Shown here: positions 1-9,846 of the stretch, piece by piece | Layout: each line of letters starts with the position of its first letter | How positions within the stretch are numbered: the stretch's first letter is position 1 | Assembly: GCA_965207455.1 (NCBI GenBank) | Contig: CBDBMJ010000003.1 | Location: 416,001-480,000 of the forward strand | DNA: 64,000 nt | Direction: 5' to 3' | Source: Bdellovibrionota bacterium | GTDB taxonomy: Bacteria; Bdellovibrionota; UBA1018; CAIPTA01; JAALKR01 | The notes under the pieces: generated by a model | Database searches by the model: none | What the model was told of the DNA's origin: nothing | The model's input: the letters and a program-made list of their open reading frames with translations, nothing else | Position numbers and translations under genes: made by a program

Positions 1-476
1 ACTCCTTGGGTATTCCCCATGTGGGTGAGCAAGTGTCTCGACTTTTGAGTAGTCATTATAAAAATTTGGATAGCCTGATGAATACAAGCGTGGAGGAACT
101 CTCTGAACTGGGTACCATTGGCCCTGTTGTAACCGGGGGTGTTGTAAGTTTTTTTAAAAAGAAAAGTAATAAAAATGAAGTAAAGCGCTTGATTACATTA
201 GGGATTAATCCCAAAGATCGCTCTGCGCCAGAGGGAGGAAGGCTTTCTGGTAAACAGTTTGTGCTTACAGGTAGGCTCCCCACACTTACACGCAAGCAGG
301 CGGCTGACTTTATTTTAGAAAACGGAGGAAAGGTATCCTCTGGTGTGAGTAAGAATACAAATTACCTTTTAGCAGGATCCGTGGAGGGCAGTAAAATGAA
401 AAAAGCCCTCAGCTTGGGTATCCAAATTATCTCAGAAGTCGAGTTCTTGGAGCTTCTAAATAAAAAACAATATTAA
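1..476 (+). CDS. ligA: NAD-dependent DNA ligase, C-terminal part (HhH + BRCT); truncated by window start
   Basis: LGIPHVGE and IGPVV HhH motifs; GKQFVLTG...R...GGKVSSGVSKNTNYLLAG...GSK BRCT signature. Confidence 0.95.
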   Translation, partial: SLGIPHVGEQVSRLLSSHYKNLDSLMNTSVEELSELGTIGPVVTGGVVSFFKKKSNKNEVKRLITLGINPKDRSAPEGGRLSGKQFVLTGRLPTLTRKQAADFILENGGKVSSGVSKNTNYLLAGSVEGSKMKKALSLGIQIISEVEFLELLNKKQY

Positions 477-518
477 ATAAAGGCTAATGTATTTTGACCG
501 TGTTTCCGATATTAATTC

Positions 519-1514
519 ATGGTGAGCTTGAAAATAAAATATAAAAATTCACTAGTTATCGCAAGAGCTATTCTTTTAGGCTTTATGAATCTTTTGCCTG
601 CAGCCCAGGCAGAAAATGGTCACGATTATTATTACACGACGCTTGCTGGAGATACTGTGTATAAAATATCACGAGCAATTTATGGTGACTCTAAAAAGAA
701 AAATAAAATTTATGATATGAATCCTAGCTTAAAAGGTAAAATAAAGGTAGAGGCAGGTGTAAAAGTTTATTTTAATTTTTCTGAATTCAATTCGCCATCA
801 GAAATGTTGACGAAGGAACTAATTTCTCGCTACAAAAAAGAGCTACTGCTTAAAATAGAACAAAGACAAGGAGAAAAGATTCTTAGTAAGGTGATTGTAG
901 AAAAAGGAGATACACTACAAAAAATTGCCCTTCGTGTTTTGGGTACGGTTCGATTATGGACAGAGTTATATATTGTAAACCAAAAAACAATTTCACATTA
1001 CGATCATGTGTTTCCTGGCATGGAGTTAGTTTACTACCCCCCGACCAATACAAGAGTCATTCCTCCAGTGGCAGGCATCATGGGACCAGCCCCTGCACCA
1101 GAGAAAAAAACAGAAGTATCGAGAGAGATTGCAGCAGAGAAGGAAAAGATAGCCAAAGAAATAAAAAAATCGCCATCACCCCCCGTGCCCGTACAGTTAG
1201 CAACTGCCCTGCCTACAGAGGTGAAGAGAGTAACAAAACCGCCTCCAGTGATCAGCAAGGTAAGCAAGGCAGGTGTAAAGAAAGAAAATGCTTTCCGTGG
1301 GGAGTGGAATAAAACAAAAGAAACAGTTACGTCTGCCTTTAGTAATGAAAACAGAAATCAAGTTCTTTATGTGGTAGGTGTAATTGCTCTTATCCTTCTT
1401 GTTGGCTATGGGCTTACCCGCCCCGCAAAGAAAAAACTAGTTGTTACCACCTCTCTGCGACCGTTTCCACCTAAGTATGAAAAAGAGGATTTAAAAAGAG
1501 ATAAGGCAGCCTAA
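519..1514 (+). CDS. Exported protein with two LysM domains, Pro/Lys-rich linker and C-terminal TM anchor
   Basis: GDTVYKIS...IY..N and VEKGDTLQKIA..VLG....W..LY..N...G LysM motifs; signal-like N-terminus; hydrophobic VLYVVGVIALILLVGYGL. Confidence 0.8.
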   Translation: MVSLKIKYKNSLVIARAILLGFMNLLPAAQAENGHDYYYTTLAGDTVYKISRAIYGDSKKKNKIYDMNPSLKGKIKVEAGVKVYFNFSEFNSPSEMLTKELISRYKKELLLKIEQRQGEKILSKVIVEKGDTLQKIALRVLGTVRLWTELYIVNQKTISHYDHVFPGMELVYYPPTNTRVIPPVAGIMGPAPAPEKKTEVSREIAAEKEKIAKEIKKSPSPPVPVQLATALPTEVKRVTKPPPVISKVSKAGVKKENAFRGEWNKTKETVTSAFSNENRNQVLYVVGVIALILLVGYGLTRPAKKKLVVTTSLRPFPPKYEKEDLKRDKAA

Positions 1515-1613
1515 GACAAGGGATTGTTTTGGATTTTATCTTTATGCGTTAGAAGAAGGGCCATACCATTCTTTTGCATATGGCCTTTCTGTAGTCAATT
1601 TCACTCACTTCGC

Positions 1614-1643
1614 GGATGGACAAACGTCCGTCCTATTTATATT
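1614..1643 (+). terminator. Probable intrinsic terminator after ligA-LysM
   Basis: Stem GGATGGAC-aaac-GTCCGTCC (one G-U pair) followed by TATTTATATT. Confidence 0.45.
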
Positions 1644-1705
1644 CTGACGGACTCGTCTCTTCTAGTCAAGCCTAAATCTCCAGACTATGGTATGCCCAAA
1701 GAACT

Positions 1706-3097
1706 ATGGGAGGGAAGACAGCAAAGACACAGTATGCATGCCAGGAATGCGGCCATATCGCTTACCAGTGGTTGGGGCGCTGCCCCGCTTGCTCCAGTTG
1801 GAACACTCTGGTGGAAGAAAAGAACCATAGCGCCATAGCCAAACGAGACCCCCAAGGAATGATCGACACTATTCTTAAAAGTCGGAAGAAAAAAAACAAG
1901 GAAATCACCACACTTGAAAATCTAACCTTTGAAAACCACAACCGCTTATCCACGGGTATTGGAGAGTTAGATTGTGTATTGGGCGGTGGTGCCGTGGAGG
2001 GATCTTTTATTTTAATCGGTGGAGAACCGGGCATTGGTAAATCCACACTACTTATCCAAACATTAGATAACTTATCTCAACAGAAAAAAGTTTTGTATGT
2101 AACTGGTGAAGAGTCACTTTCTCAAGTGAAGTTAAGGGCAAATCGATTGGGGTTGGTCGGGAAAAATTTATTTATGGCAGCGGAAACCTCACTGGAAAAA
2201 ATATTGAGCATTGTAGAAAAAGAACAACCGGACATTTTAGCCGTGGACTCAATACAAACAATGCATACAGATGCTGTTGAGTCGGCCCCAGGGAGCGTGT
2301 CTCAAGTTCGTGAAACAGGGGCTAGATTAATGCATTTAGCAAAAGGAGCAGGGATACTTACTTTTATTGTTGGGCATGTTACCAAGGATGGCGCTATTGC
2401 GGGACCAAGAGTCCTAGAACATATGGTGGATACGGTTTTATATTTTCAAAGCGCTTCTGGAGGAAATTACCGAATTTTAAGAAGTGTGAAAAATCGATTT
2501 GGATCTACTAATGAAATAGGTGTCTTTGAAATGGAGAGAAATGGATTGTCGGAAGTAAAAAATCCTTCAACATTATTTCTTAGCGAACGGGATGAGGGGG
2601 CAGTTGGTTCCTCAGTTGTGAGCAGTTTAGAAGGCACCCGTCCTCTTATTGTTGAATTACAATCCCTTGTATCTCAGAGTTACCTGCCCAACCCCAGGAG
2701 AACTGTTTTGGGCGTGGACCATAATCGTGTTGCTCTGTTAATAGCAGTGTTGGAAAAAAAATGGGACTTGCGCATTGGAGGACAGGATATTTATGTAAAT
2801 GTTGTGGGTGGCGTGCGTCTTACGGAACCAAGCGTGGATTTAGGAGTTATGGCCGCAATGGCAAGTAGCTTTTTAAATAAACCCATTCCAAAGGGAACGC
2901 TATTTATCGGCGAAGTGGGTCTTTTGGGTGAAGTACGGGCTGTTTCCCAACTAGAGAGCAGACTAAAGGAAGCCAAAACACTAGGATTCAAACAATGTTT
3001 TTTGCCGGAAATGAATTATGAAAAAATAAAAAAAACGTGGAGCGGAATGGAGTTAATTAGTATTAAAAAATCTCAGGACATTTTAAATATATTGTAA
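1706..3097 (+). CDS. radA: DNA repair protein RadA/Sms
   Basis: CxxC-x10-CxxC Zn finger, GEPGIGKST Walker A, KNRFG motif, Lon-like C-terminal domain. Confidence 0.97.
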   Translation: MGGKTAKTQYACQECGHIAYQWLGRCPACSSWNTLVEEKNHSAIAKRDPQGMIDTILKSRKKKNKEITTLENLTFENHNRLSTGIGELDCVLGGGAVEGSFILIGGEPGIGKSTLLIQTLDNLSQQKKVLYVTGEESLSQVKLRANRLGLVGKNLFMAAETSLEKILSIVEKEQPDILAVDSIQTMHTDAVESAPGSVSQVRETGARLMHLAKGAGILTFIVGHVTKDGAIAGPRVLEHMVDTVLYFQSASGGNYRILRSVKNRFGSTNEIGVFEMERNGLSEVKNPSTLFLSERDEGAVGSSVVSSLEGTRPLIVELQSLVSQSYLPNPRRTVLGVDHNRVALLIAVLEKKWDLRIGGQDIYVNVVGGVRLTEPSVDLGVMAAMASSFLNKPIPKGTLFIGEVGLLGEVRAVSQLESRLKEAKTLGFKQCFLPEMNYEKIKKTWSGMELISIKKSQDILNIL

Positions 3098-3101
3098 GAG
3101 T

Positions 3102-4586
3102 TCATAGTCGGCAACGTTGAACAGCAATATTCCAACGGTTTTTTTGTCGTTGCCTTTCCTCTTCTGCCATGGAGGGAATAAATTTTTTATCCAATTGCCA
3201 CACACCTTTCAATTCTTCTAAAGAAGACCAAATACCAATGGCCAGTCCCGCAGCTAGAGAGGAACCCAACGCTGTGGTCTCTAAAATTTTTGGTCGAATA
3301 AGGGGAATACCAACAAGGTCACATTGTAGTTGTAGGAGGTAGTTGTTGGCAGCAGCGCCACCGTCCACTTTAATACTATGTAGTGGAGCATGGTAATCCG
3401 CCCTCATGGCAGCAAGGAGTTCATCATTTTGATGAGCAATGCCGGCTAGGGCAGCACGAGCCAAATGATTTTTATTTGTGTTTCGTGTAATTCCACAAAT
3501 CAACCCCCGGGCATTGGGATCCCAGTGAGGAGCTCCAAGACCCGTCATCCCTGGGACAAACGCTAAAGATCCCATATCTTCTTCTTTTGCTGATAAGGCT
3601 AGCGCTTCCACCTCGCTAACGTCTTTTATAATTCCTAGATTATCCCGTAACCACTGGATAGTAGCACCACCCATAAACGCACTTCCCTCCAGAGCGTAAT
3701 GGGTTTGAGAACCGATTTTCCATGCCACAGTGGTGAGCAAGCCATTTTTGGAAAAAAACGGCTTTTCCCCGGTGTTTAAAAGAAGAAAGCAGCCTGTGCC
3801 ATACGTGATTTTTGTTTCTCCAGGCTGAGTACATAACTGCCCGAAAAGGGCAGCTTGCTGGTCTCCTAAAATACCAGCAATTGGAATACCGTCGGGAAGC
3901 ACTCCTAGACCTTTGGTTTTTCCATACACTTGGGAACTGCTGCAAATCTCAGGAAGGGTAGATGGTGGTATATTAAATAACTCCAGCATTTCAGGGCACC
4001 AGGAAAGGTTTTGAATATCCATAAGCGAGGTGCGACTGGCGTTGGTGACATCTGTTTTATGAACAGCTCCCGAGGTTAATCGAGACAAAAGAAAACTATC
4101 TATGGTGCCAAAAGCTAGGGTTCCCCGTTTATGGGCGTCTTGTACTTCGCTTAGGTTTTCCAGCATCCACCCCATTTTGGAACCGCTGAAGTAAGGATCG
4201 AGTACAAGCCCCGTTCTTTTCCTTACCGTGTCCTCCAAACCCTGCTGCTTTAGCTTTTCACACCAGGGGGTGGTTCTCCGGCACTGCCAAACAATAGCTT
4301 TTCCCAGAGGAGCAAGGGTTTTTTTATCCCAAGCACAGCTTGTTTCCCGTTGGTTGGTAATCCCTATGGCAGAGATAGAGGGGCTACCGGCTTCTTTTAG
4401 GGCTTTTTCTATAGTCTGTAGGCTGCTCTTCCACACCTTCTCCAAATCATGATCCACCCACGCCTCCCTAGGGTATTCAGGGAGAACCTCCGTGGTTTGA
4501 CTGGATTGTATACAGAGATCTTCATCTACGATGAGAACCTTAGTGCTCGTAGTGCCCTGATCGATGGATAGGATGTATTTTTTCAT
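3102..4586 (-). CDS. glpK: Glycerol kinase
   Basis: IDQGTTS, GITNQRET, DPYFSGSK, TDVTNASRT, GDQQAALFGQ, TYGTGCF, VDGG motifs. Confidence 0.97.
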   Translation of the reverse strand: MKKYILSIDQGTTSTKVLIVDEDLCIQSSQTTEVLPEYPREAWVDHDLEKVWKSSLQTIEKALKEAGSPSISAIGITNQRETSCAWDKKTLAPLGKAIVWQCRRTTPWCEKLKQQGLEDTVRKRTGLVLDPYFSGSKMGWMLENLSEVQDAHKRGTLAFGTIDSFLLSRLTSGAVHKTDVTNASRTSLMDIQNLSWCPEMLELFNIPPSTLPEICSSSQVYGKTKGLGVLPDGIPIAGILGDQQAALFGQLCTQPGETKITYGTGCFLLLNTGEKPFFSKNGLLTTVAWKIGSQTHYALEGSAFMGGATIQWLRDNLGIIKDVSEVEALALSAKEEDMGSLAFVPGMTGLGAPHWDPNARGLICGITRNTNKNHLARAALAGIAHQNDELLAAMRADYHAPLHSIKVDGGAAANNYLLQLQCDLVGIPLIRPKILETTALGSSLAAGLAIGIWSSLEELKGVWQLDKKFIPSMAEEERQRQKNRWNIAVQRCRL

Positions 4587-4622
4587 TGATTCTTTTACGC
4601 TCCTTGTATAGTAATAAGTCCT

Positions 4623-5423
4623 ATGAAAGCACTTTCAGGTCGCCCTAAAAGCATCTCCGCTCGGAGACAATTATATCATAAAGATACTCCTAACTTTCTG
4701 CTAGAGATTGTTCGTAAATATTTTCGCCTAGAGGTGGAGGGGCTGGAGAATGTACCCAAAAAGGGCAGGGGGCTGGTGGTGTCCAATCACTCTGGAGTGA
4801 CTGCCTTGGACGGTGTGATGATAGGAAACGAGATTTCTCGCACCCATAAGAGAATAGCTCAAATCTTAGCCCACCCCCTGTGGTTTATGGGGCCCAATAT
4901 TCGCATACTGTCCAAAAACATGGGTCTGGTGGAAGCAAAAAAAGAGATTGGAGTGAAATTATTGCGTAAGGGAAGGCTTTTGATGATCTTTCCAGAGGGG
5001 GAGGCGGGGAATTTTAAACCGACCAACGACAGGTATAAACTCAAGGAATTTCGACGGGGTTTTGTGAGAATGGCAATGGAGGGGAAGGCTCCCATTATTC
5101 CCACCATTGTGATTGGAGCAGAGGAGACAAATATTAATTTATCTCAAATTAAACTAACAAAAAAACTTAGAGGGATTATTATTCCCGTTCCTCTAAATAT
5201 ACTGCCGTTGCCGGCAAAATGGAAAATTGTTTTTCTACCACCGATTGACATGAAAAAATATAGCAAAAAAGATACGGGCAACCGTGAGTTGGTACATAAA
5301 ATTTGCAATGAAATTCAAGCAAAAATTCAAGATAGAATTAACAAAGAAATTGCTAAAAGGGAATGGATATTTTTTCCTAAGAGAAAGCCCAGGAAAAGAA
5401 AGAAAAAATCTCCCAAAGCCTAA
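4623..5423 (+). CDS. Lysophospholipid acyltransferase family (PlsC-like)
   Basis: NHSGVTALD (Hx..D), FPEG, PIIP motifs. Confidence 0.85.
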   Translation: MKALSGRPKSISARRQLYHKDTPNFLLEIVRKYFRLEVEGLENVPKKGRGLVVSNHSGVTALDGVMIGNEISRTHKRIAQILAHPLWFMGPNIRILSKNMGLVEAKKEIGVKLLRKGRLLMIFPEGEAGNFKPTNDRYKLKEFRRGFVRMAMEGKAPIIPTIVIGAEETNINLSQIKLTKKLRGIIIPVPLNILPLPAKWKIVFLPPIDMKKYSKKDTGNRELVHKICNEIQAKIQDRINKEIAKREWIFFPKRKPRKRKKKSPKA

Positions 5424-5435
5424 GGAAGTTTTGTT

Positions 5436-7007
5436 TTATATCTCAAGCTCCAAACAGTTCCGAATGGATTCATACTCTTCAAATTTTTCTTCGCTCGCGT
5501 ATCGTATAAAAGTAAGCTCGCGAAGAGTTTTTTGGTATTTCTTTGCCGCTAGCCCGGCCATGGCTTCTTGTTCGTTAATATCGATTCTTAATTCTTCGAT
5601 AATAGCTAGGAGCTCTGGCTTTTTTAGTACTCGCTCTATTTTTTCTTTTATCGCTTTTGGCAGGTTGGTGCTTGCTCGCTTCATAAGTCTATAGTGATTA
5701 TCTGAGCTAGGGATGAGCCTCTGATAATTTTCGATCGATTTTTTCATTTCTACAATAGTCTTTTCCCACCCATACACAAATCTTAATTCTTTTTCCTTGC
5801 GAACCAGGTGGTTTAAAGAGTTCCTGAGCTTATTTATTCCATTAGCTGCAGAATAAAGTACTATGGCTTTATGCCTTTGTTCTGTGGGGAGCATTTCCAA
5901 TTCTAGTTTTAGCTGCTTATTTTCAAGGTGTAAGCTATTATATTCCTCCTTTAGGATGAGGTAGTCCTGCCGCAGAGGAAGGATTTCTTGCGATATTTCC
6001 CACTGTGATCCGCGTATGCTTTTTCTAAGTGCAGCGGCCTTTTCTGTGAGGTATTTTATATATAGCTGTCGCCTAGGATTTTGAGGTTGTTCAAGAGATG
6101 AGGAAGTCTTGTCCGAATTATTTAGCCGATCGTTGTCTTGAGGGGCTAGTGCATTTATCTCAATTTCGTTTTGTTCCAAGAGGTAGTCGATACTCGTCAT
6201 GTGAGTAGTATTTTTATGGAAGTCATACTGTCTTGCATCTTCAAAAGCATCTAGGAGAGGAATCTTGAGTTCTTTTGTATTATTAGATTTTCTCTGCCAA
6301 GTTTTTAAGCTAAAATATTCTTGCTTGTAATGATCAGGTCTTAAGACATTTCCTGTTCTAATAGCTCTTGATAATTTAGTGTTAAAAGAAGTTTGAAACC
6401 GATGGATCCACCCTAGGTTTTCAGCATCTGTTTTTGTTAAGAAACAGACGTTTTTGCTCGTCAGAACCTGAAATTGACCACTGTAGCAGATATCAGATAT
6501 TGTTTGCGTTGTCACCCCATCTGGCAATTTAGCAAGCTCATGCCGAAGATTTTTTGTAGAGAAATATTTTTTATTCCAAAGAGATAAACCGCTCTCACTG
6601 TCCCCGTGGCCTGTTATGTACAAAAAAACCCGATCACCTGGCTTAGATTTTTTTGCAATTTTATCAAAAGCATTTGAAATTGCTTCTGGCATTGCTACAT
6701 CAATAATATCTTCTATGCCATCCCCATCAAGATCATAGACAGAGCCATTAATAAGAGTATTTATGAATGTATTGCGATCGAAGGCAATTTCACTAGGGCC
6801 ACCTGCATTGAGGATGTGAATATTTGCTGCATCAAATTCTTTCTTATTAAGCGCTATAAAAATTCCCCTCAAATTGCTTTGGAATGCAATACTGTTTTGT
6901 TTCGGACTAGTCCCCCCATTGATCAGGAGTGCGAAGTCTGTGGCAAGAGAAAGAGGCGAATAAAATATGGCTATGGCAAGCAGGGGATTAAATAAAATTT
7001 TACCCAT
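5436..7007 (-). CDS. Secreted caspase/legumain-fold (C13-like) cysteine peptidase with C-terminal coiled coil
   Basis: Signal peptide; LLINGG, GDRVFLYITGHG (catalytic His), ISDICYSG (catalytic Cys). Confidence 0.7.
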   Translation of the reverse strand: MGKILFNPLLAIAIFYSPLSLATDFALLINGGTSPKQNSIAFQSNLRGIFIALNKKEFDAANIHILNAGGPSEIAFDRNTFINTLINGSVYDLDGDGIEDIIDVAMPEAISNAFDKIAKKSKPGDRVFLYITGHGDSESGLSLWNKKYFSTKNLRHELAKLPDGVTTQTISDICYSGQFQVLTSKNVCFLTKTDAENLGWIHRFQTSFNTKLSRAIRTGNVLRPDHYKQEYFSLKTWQRKSNNTKELKIPLLDAFEDARQYDFHKNTTHMTSIDYLLEQNEIEINALAPQDNDRLNNSDKTSSSLEQPQNPRRQLYIKYLTEKAAALRKSIRGSQWEISQEILPLRQDYLILKEEYNSLHLENKQLKLELEMLPTEQRHKAIVLYSAANGINKLRNSLNHLVRKEKELRFVYGWEKTIVEMKKSIENYQRLIPSSDNHYRLMKRASTNLPKAIKEKIERVLKKPELLAIIEELRIDINEQEAMAGLAAKKYQKTLRELTFIRYASEEKFEEYESIRNCLELEI

Positions 7008-7231
7008 TATTTTCTCCTTCCTTTAAGTTATCGCATCATATCAAATATAACGCTTAATATCAATATCTGTTTTCACTATGAGTCAATACGACGATACGAT
7101 GAGTTGGCTTATAAAAAAGCGCATTGAAATGGCTTTGAGCGCAATAACATACTAAAAAGATATATTATTAAAGAGGGCACAGCTCAATATTCGTTAGCTA
7201 TGTTTGACTAAATAGGAGGAATAACAGAAAC

Positions 7232-8674
7232 CTATCTAGCCCCATCAGTATCACTCCGGTTTTTCATTGGAAGTGGGCCCATGAACAGATCTGTAACTTG
7301 CCATGATTTTGGTTGGCAGTTCTTTGGCAAAAGCAGATGGGTATCTCTTATTGTCTTGTCTAAGTACTCTAAAATCTCTTTTTTCCTACCTTTTGGAAAC
7401 CTTTCAGCATTTATTCGATTGCTGACATGTTTTTTAACATTTTTGAGGGACTTATACTCTTCAATCTTTTCCCTCATAAAACTTTTTATATTTTCAAATG
7501 ATTTCAATTTACTAAGTGTTGTAGGTTTTTTCAAAAAATTTTCAGTTTCAGAATGAATATCATCCACCATTTTTTCGCAATAATTGTCCATCCACGCAAA
7601 TAAACCTACTCCAGCGTTGTGGGTCCATGTGGCTAAAAGAACGGAAAAATTTATCTCGGATGTAAGAGATTCTGTCTCCCCATTGTGTTCGTACTCTATG
7701 GAGTGCCGTATTGTAGGATTTTTAAACCAAGCAGCCATTTTTTCGAAAATTGGTGGAGATGGTCCAGCCGACGAGATATCGGCATACAAATTTTCAAAGC
7801 GATCCCTGCATTTGCTTAAAATTTTGTTTGATTTCTCCAAGTTTTTTTTAAAATAGCGCATGCTAAAGAGAAGACACAGATAGGGATTTTCTGTAAATTG
7901 ACAGCGTCGTTTTGAGTGTTTCCAGTCCCGGTGTTTATCTCCATTCTTGTCATAATATACAGGCATTTCATCTGGAAATTTTCCGTAGGACTCTAGTACT
8001 CCTTTTTTTGTGACTTCGCAATCAGAGGAGTCATTAAATCTCTTTTTAAAGTTGCTTTTCTTAGGTTCAAAATCAACCCGATAGACTTCATCAATAGAGG
8101 AGGAGGTGATTTGTCCCAAGCAAGAAGCGCCAGTTTCGCTTTGTGCATTCAGGCCTAGACGAGATTCATGGATTAACAGAGGAAGTATATCCTTGGGATT
8201 AACCTCAGTGCATTTGCCCACTTCTGTTAAAGCGCGATGTATAAGTGCCACATATTTCTGATCCGTGCAAGAAGCGTGTCGCCGTCTTCTTTTTCCGCTT
8301 CTCCAAGTTTCCTGTACCCTCAAGTTTTCTTCAGTAAAAGAACCATCCTTTTCTCTTCGAGTGGAATTCTTGTCTTTACAATAGACATATTTATACTGCC
8401 CTAGGGGAGAGTTCAAGGCAGGTAATAAACAAGCAAGCTCTTTACAATCCTCCTCCGTAAGAGAATTTTTGTACCCTTTTATTTTTGCATTATACTCTTT
8501 TATGACCTTTGTTTTTATACCGCAGCCCTTTGTTTCTTTGAACTCAAGATTTTCGCAAGCAGGTATTTCTTTATCTTCAGCTTGCACTAAGCTCAGGTCC
8601 AATAATAAATATACGCTCAGACCGCCCAGTAGGTAAAAAAAGAGAATTACTGTTTGTGTGTATTTTTTTCGCAT
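7232..8674 (-). CDS. Exported Cys-rich protein with SLT-type lytic transglycosylase domain
   Basis: LIHESRLGLNAQSETGASCLGQIT (ES..N..S..GA...Q) and ATWTHNAG (AYNAG-like); N-terminal TM/signal. Confidence 0.65.
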   Translation of the reverse strand: MRKKYTQTVILFFYLLGGLSVYLLLDLSLVQAEDKEIPACENLEFKETKGCGIKTKVIKEYNAKIKGYKNSLTEEDCKELACLLPALNSPLGQYKYVYCKDKNSTRREKDGSFTEENLRVQETWRSGKRRRRHASCTDQKYVALIHRALTEVGKCTEVNPKDILPLLIHESRLGLNAQSETGASCLGQITSSSIDEVYRVDFEPKKSNFKKRFNDSSDCEVTKKGVLESYGKFPDEMPVYYDKNGDKHRDWKHSKRRCQFTENPYLCLLFSMRYFKKNLEKSNKILSKCRDRFENLYADISSAGPSPPIFEKMAAWFKNPTIRHSIEYEHNGETESLTSEINFSVLLATWTHNAGVGLFAWMDNYCEKMVDDIHSETENFLKKPTTLSKLKSFENIKSFMREKIEEYKSLKNVKKHVSNRINAERFPKGRKKEILEYLDKTIRDTHLLLPKNCQPKSWQVTDLFMGPLPMKNRSDTDGAR

Positions 8675-8882
8675 ATTTCTTTCTCTATCCTCTAATTTAT
8701 TTTAATTCAATACACTTAATTTTATAAGGACAAAATTTTTATTACTCTTAAATATTATGTCAAATTATGATAAATTAAAATTATAAAGCGGCCTCTCATG
8801 ATGCCTGGAAAATAAAAAATCTTTTGGACCGTGTATTATTCATAAAATAAAAAAATTGCAGTGAGAAAAAACCGAGAAACAG

Positions 8883-9779
8883 ATGGAAAAGCCAGAAGCC
8901 TATAATTTTATTGAAACAGACGAGTCGAAGTATCGCTTCCTCGTGGTGGATGATGAACCGGATATGCTGGAACTAATAGCAGGTATGCTTAAGGAGCGCT
9001 ATAAAAAAGCTCAAGTTTTCACTGCTGAGGACGGCCTGCAGGCTATTATGAAATTCAAAAATAGCCCGCCTACAGTGTTAATCACAGACCTTTCCATCCC
9101 TAAACTCTCTGGCGACGAGTTGCTTACTAATATTTTAGCACAATACCATGGGGATAATTTATCCATTGTGGTGGTCTCTGGCCTATCCAGAGAAAACCGT
9201 AATATTAGCGAAATCCTCAACGGCCATTTTCGATTTCTCTCCAAGCCTTTTCGTGAGGCAGAGTTTTTGAAAATTATTGATACAGCCATAAAACAACCCC
9301 CACCCATACAAAATAAATTTAAATTGGATGCGGTTTTTCTAATGCCGTTTATACTCGGTCCCATGAAATATTCTAAGAAAGGACTTGAAGAATCGTTAGA
9401 AAAAGAACCGCCCTTTATAGCAAAAGATAATCATATTAGCGGAGATCTTAGCTTTAGTTCCACATTTACCACCAAAGACTTTCAAGGTTTTTTAAGTATT
9501 TGTTTTACAAAAGATTCTTGCCTATATATTCAAAAAAAACAAAACAACGGGGGAGAAGAAATAAATCAAAAAATCATCCAAAACCTGACAGATGATATTT
9601 TTCTATACATTGCGGATGAATTATTAGCGGTTGGCTTTATCGTAAAATTTGAGCATAAAACAAATTGTATTAACAAACCTCAACACCGGGCAATGCCGGC
9701 GCTTCCAGGCAATACTATTGTACTGCCTCTATGTAGTGATCATTGGAGACTACAGCTGGAACTCACCGTTAATTATTAA
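8883..9779 (+). CDS. Response regulator receiver fused to CheX-like domain
   Basis: VVDDE, ITDL, SG, KP receiver residues; C-terminal LDAVFLMPFI...GDLS...F.G.LSICF CheX-like pattern. Confidence 0.75.
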   Translation: MEKPEAYNFIETDESKYRFLVVDDEPDMLELIAGMLKERYKKAQVFTAEDGLQAIMKFKNSPPTVLITDLSIPKLSGDELLTNILAQYHGDNLSIVVVSGLSRENRNISEILNGHFRFLSKPFREAEFLKIIDTAIKQPPPIQNKFKLDAVFLMPFILGPMKYSKKGLEESLEKEPPFIAKDNHISGDLSFSSTFTTKDFQGFLSICFTKDSCLYIQKKQNNGGEEINQKIIQNLTDDIFLYIADELLAVGFIVKFEHKTNCINKPQHRAMPALPGNTIVLPLCSDHWRLQLELTVNY

Positions 9780-9846
9780 AAGCTCCATGGCACCAAACGA
9801 TAGACAAGAATATCATTCTCCACTATCATAGTATCAGAGGTACATA

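Noticed and set aside
1524..1838. 104-aa ORF overlapping the radA start
   Set aside because: TTG start without RBS, spans hairpins and overlaps radA out of frame.
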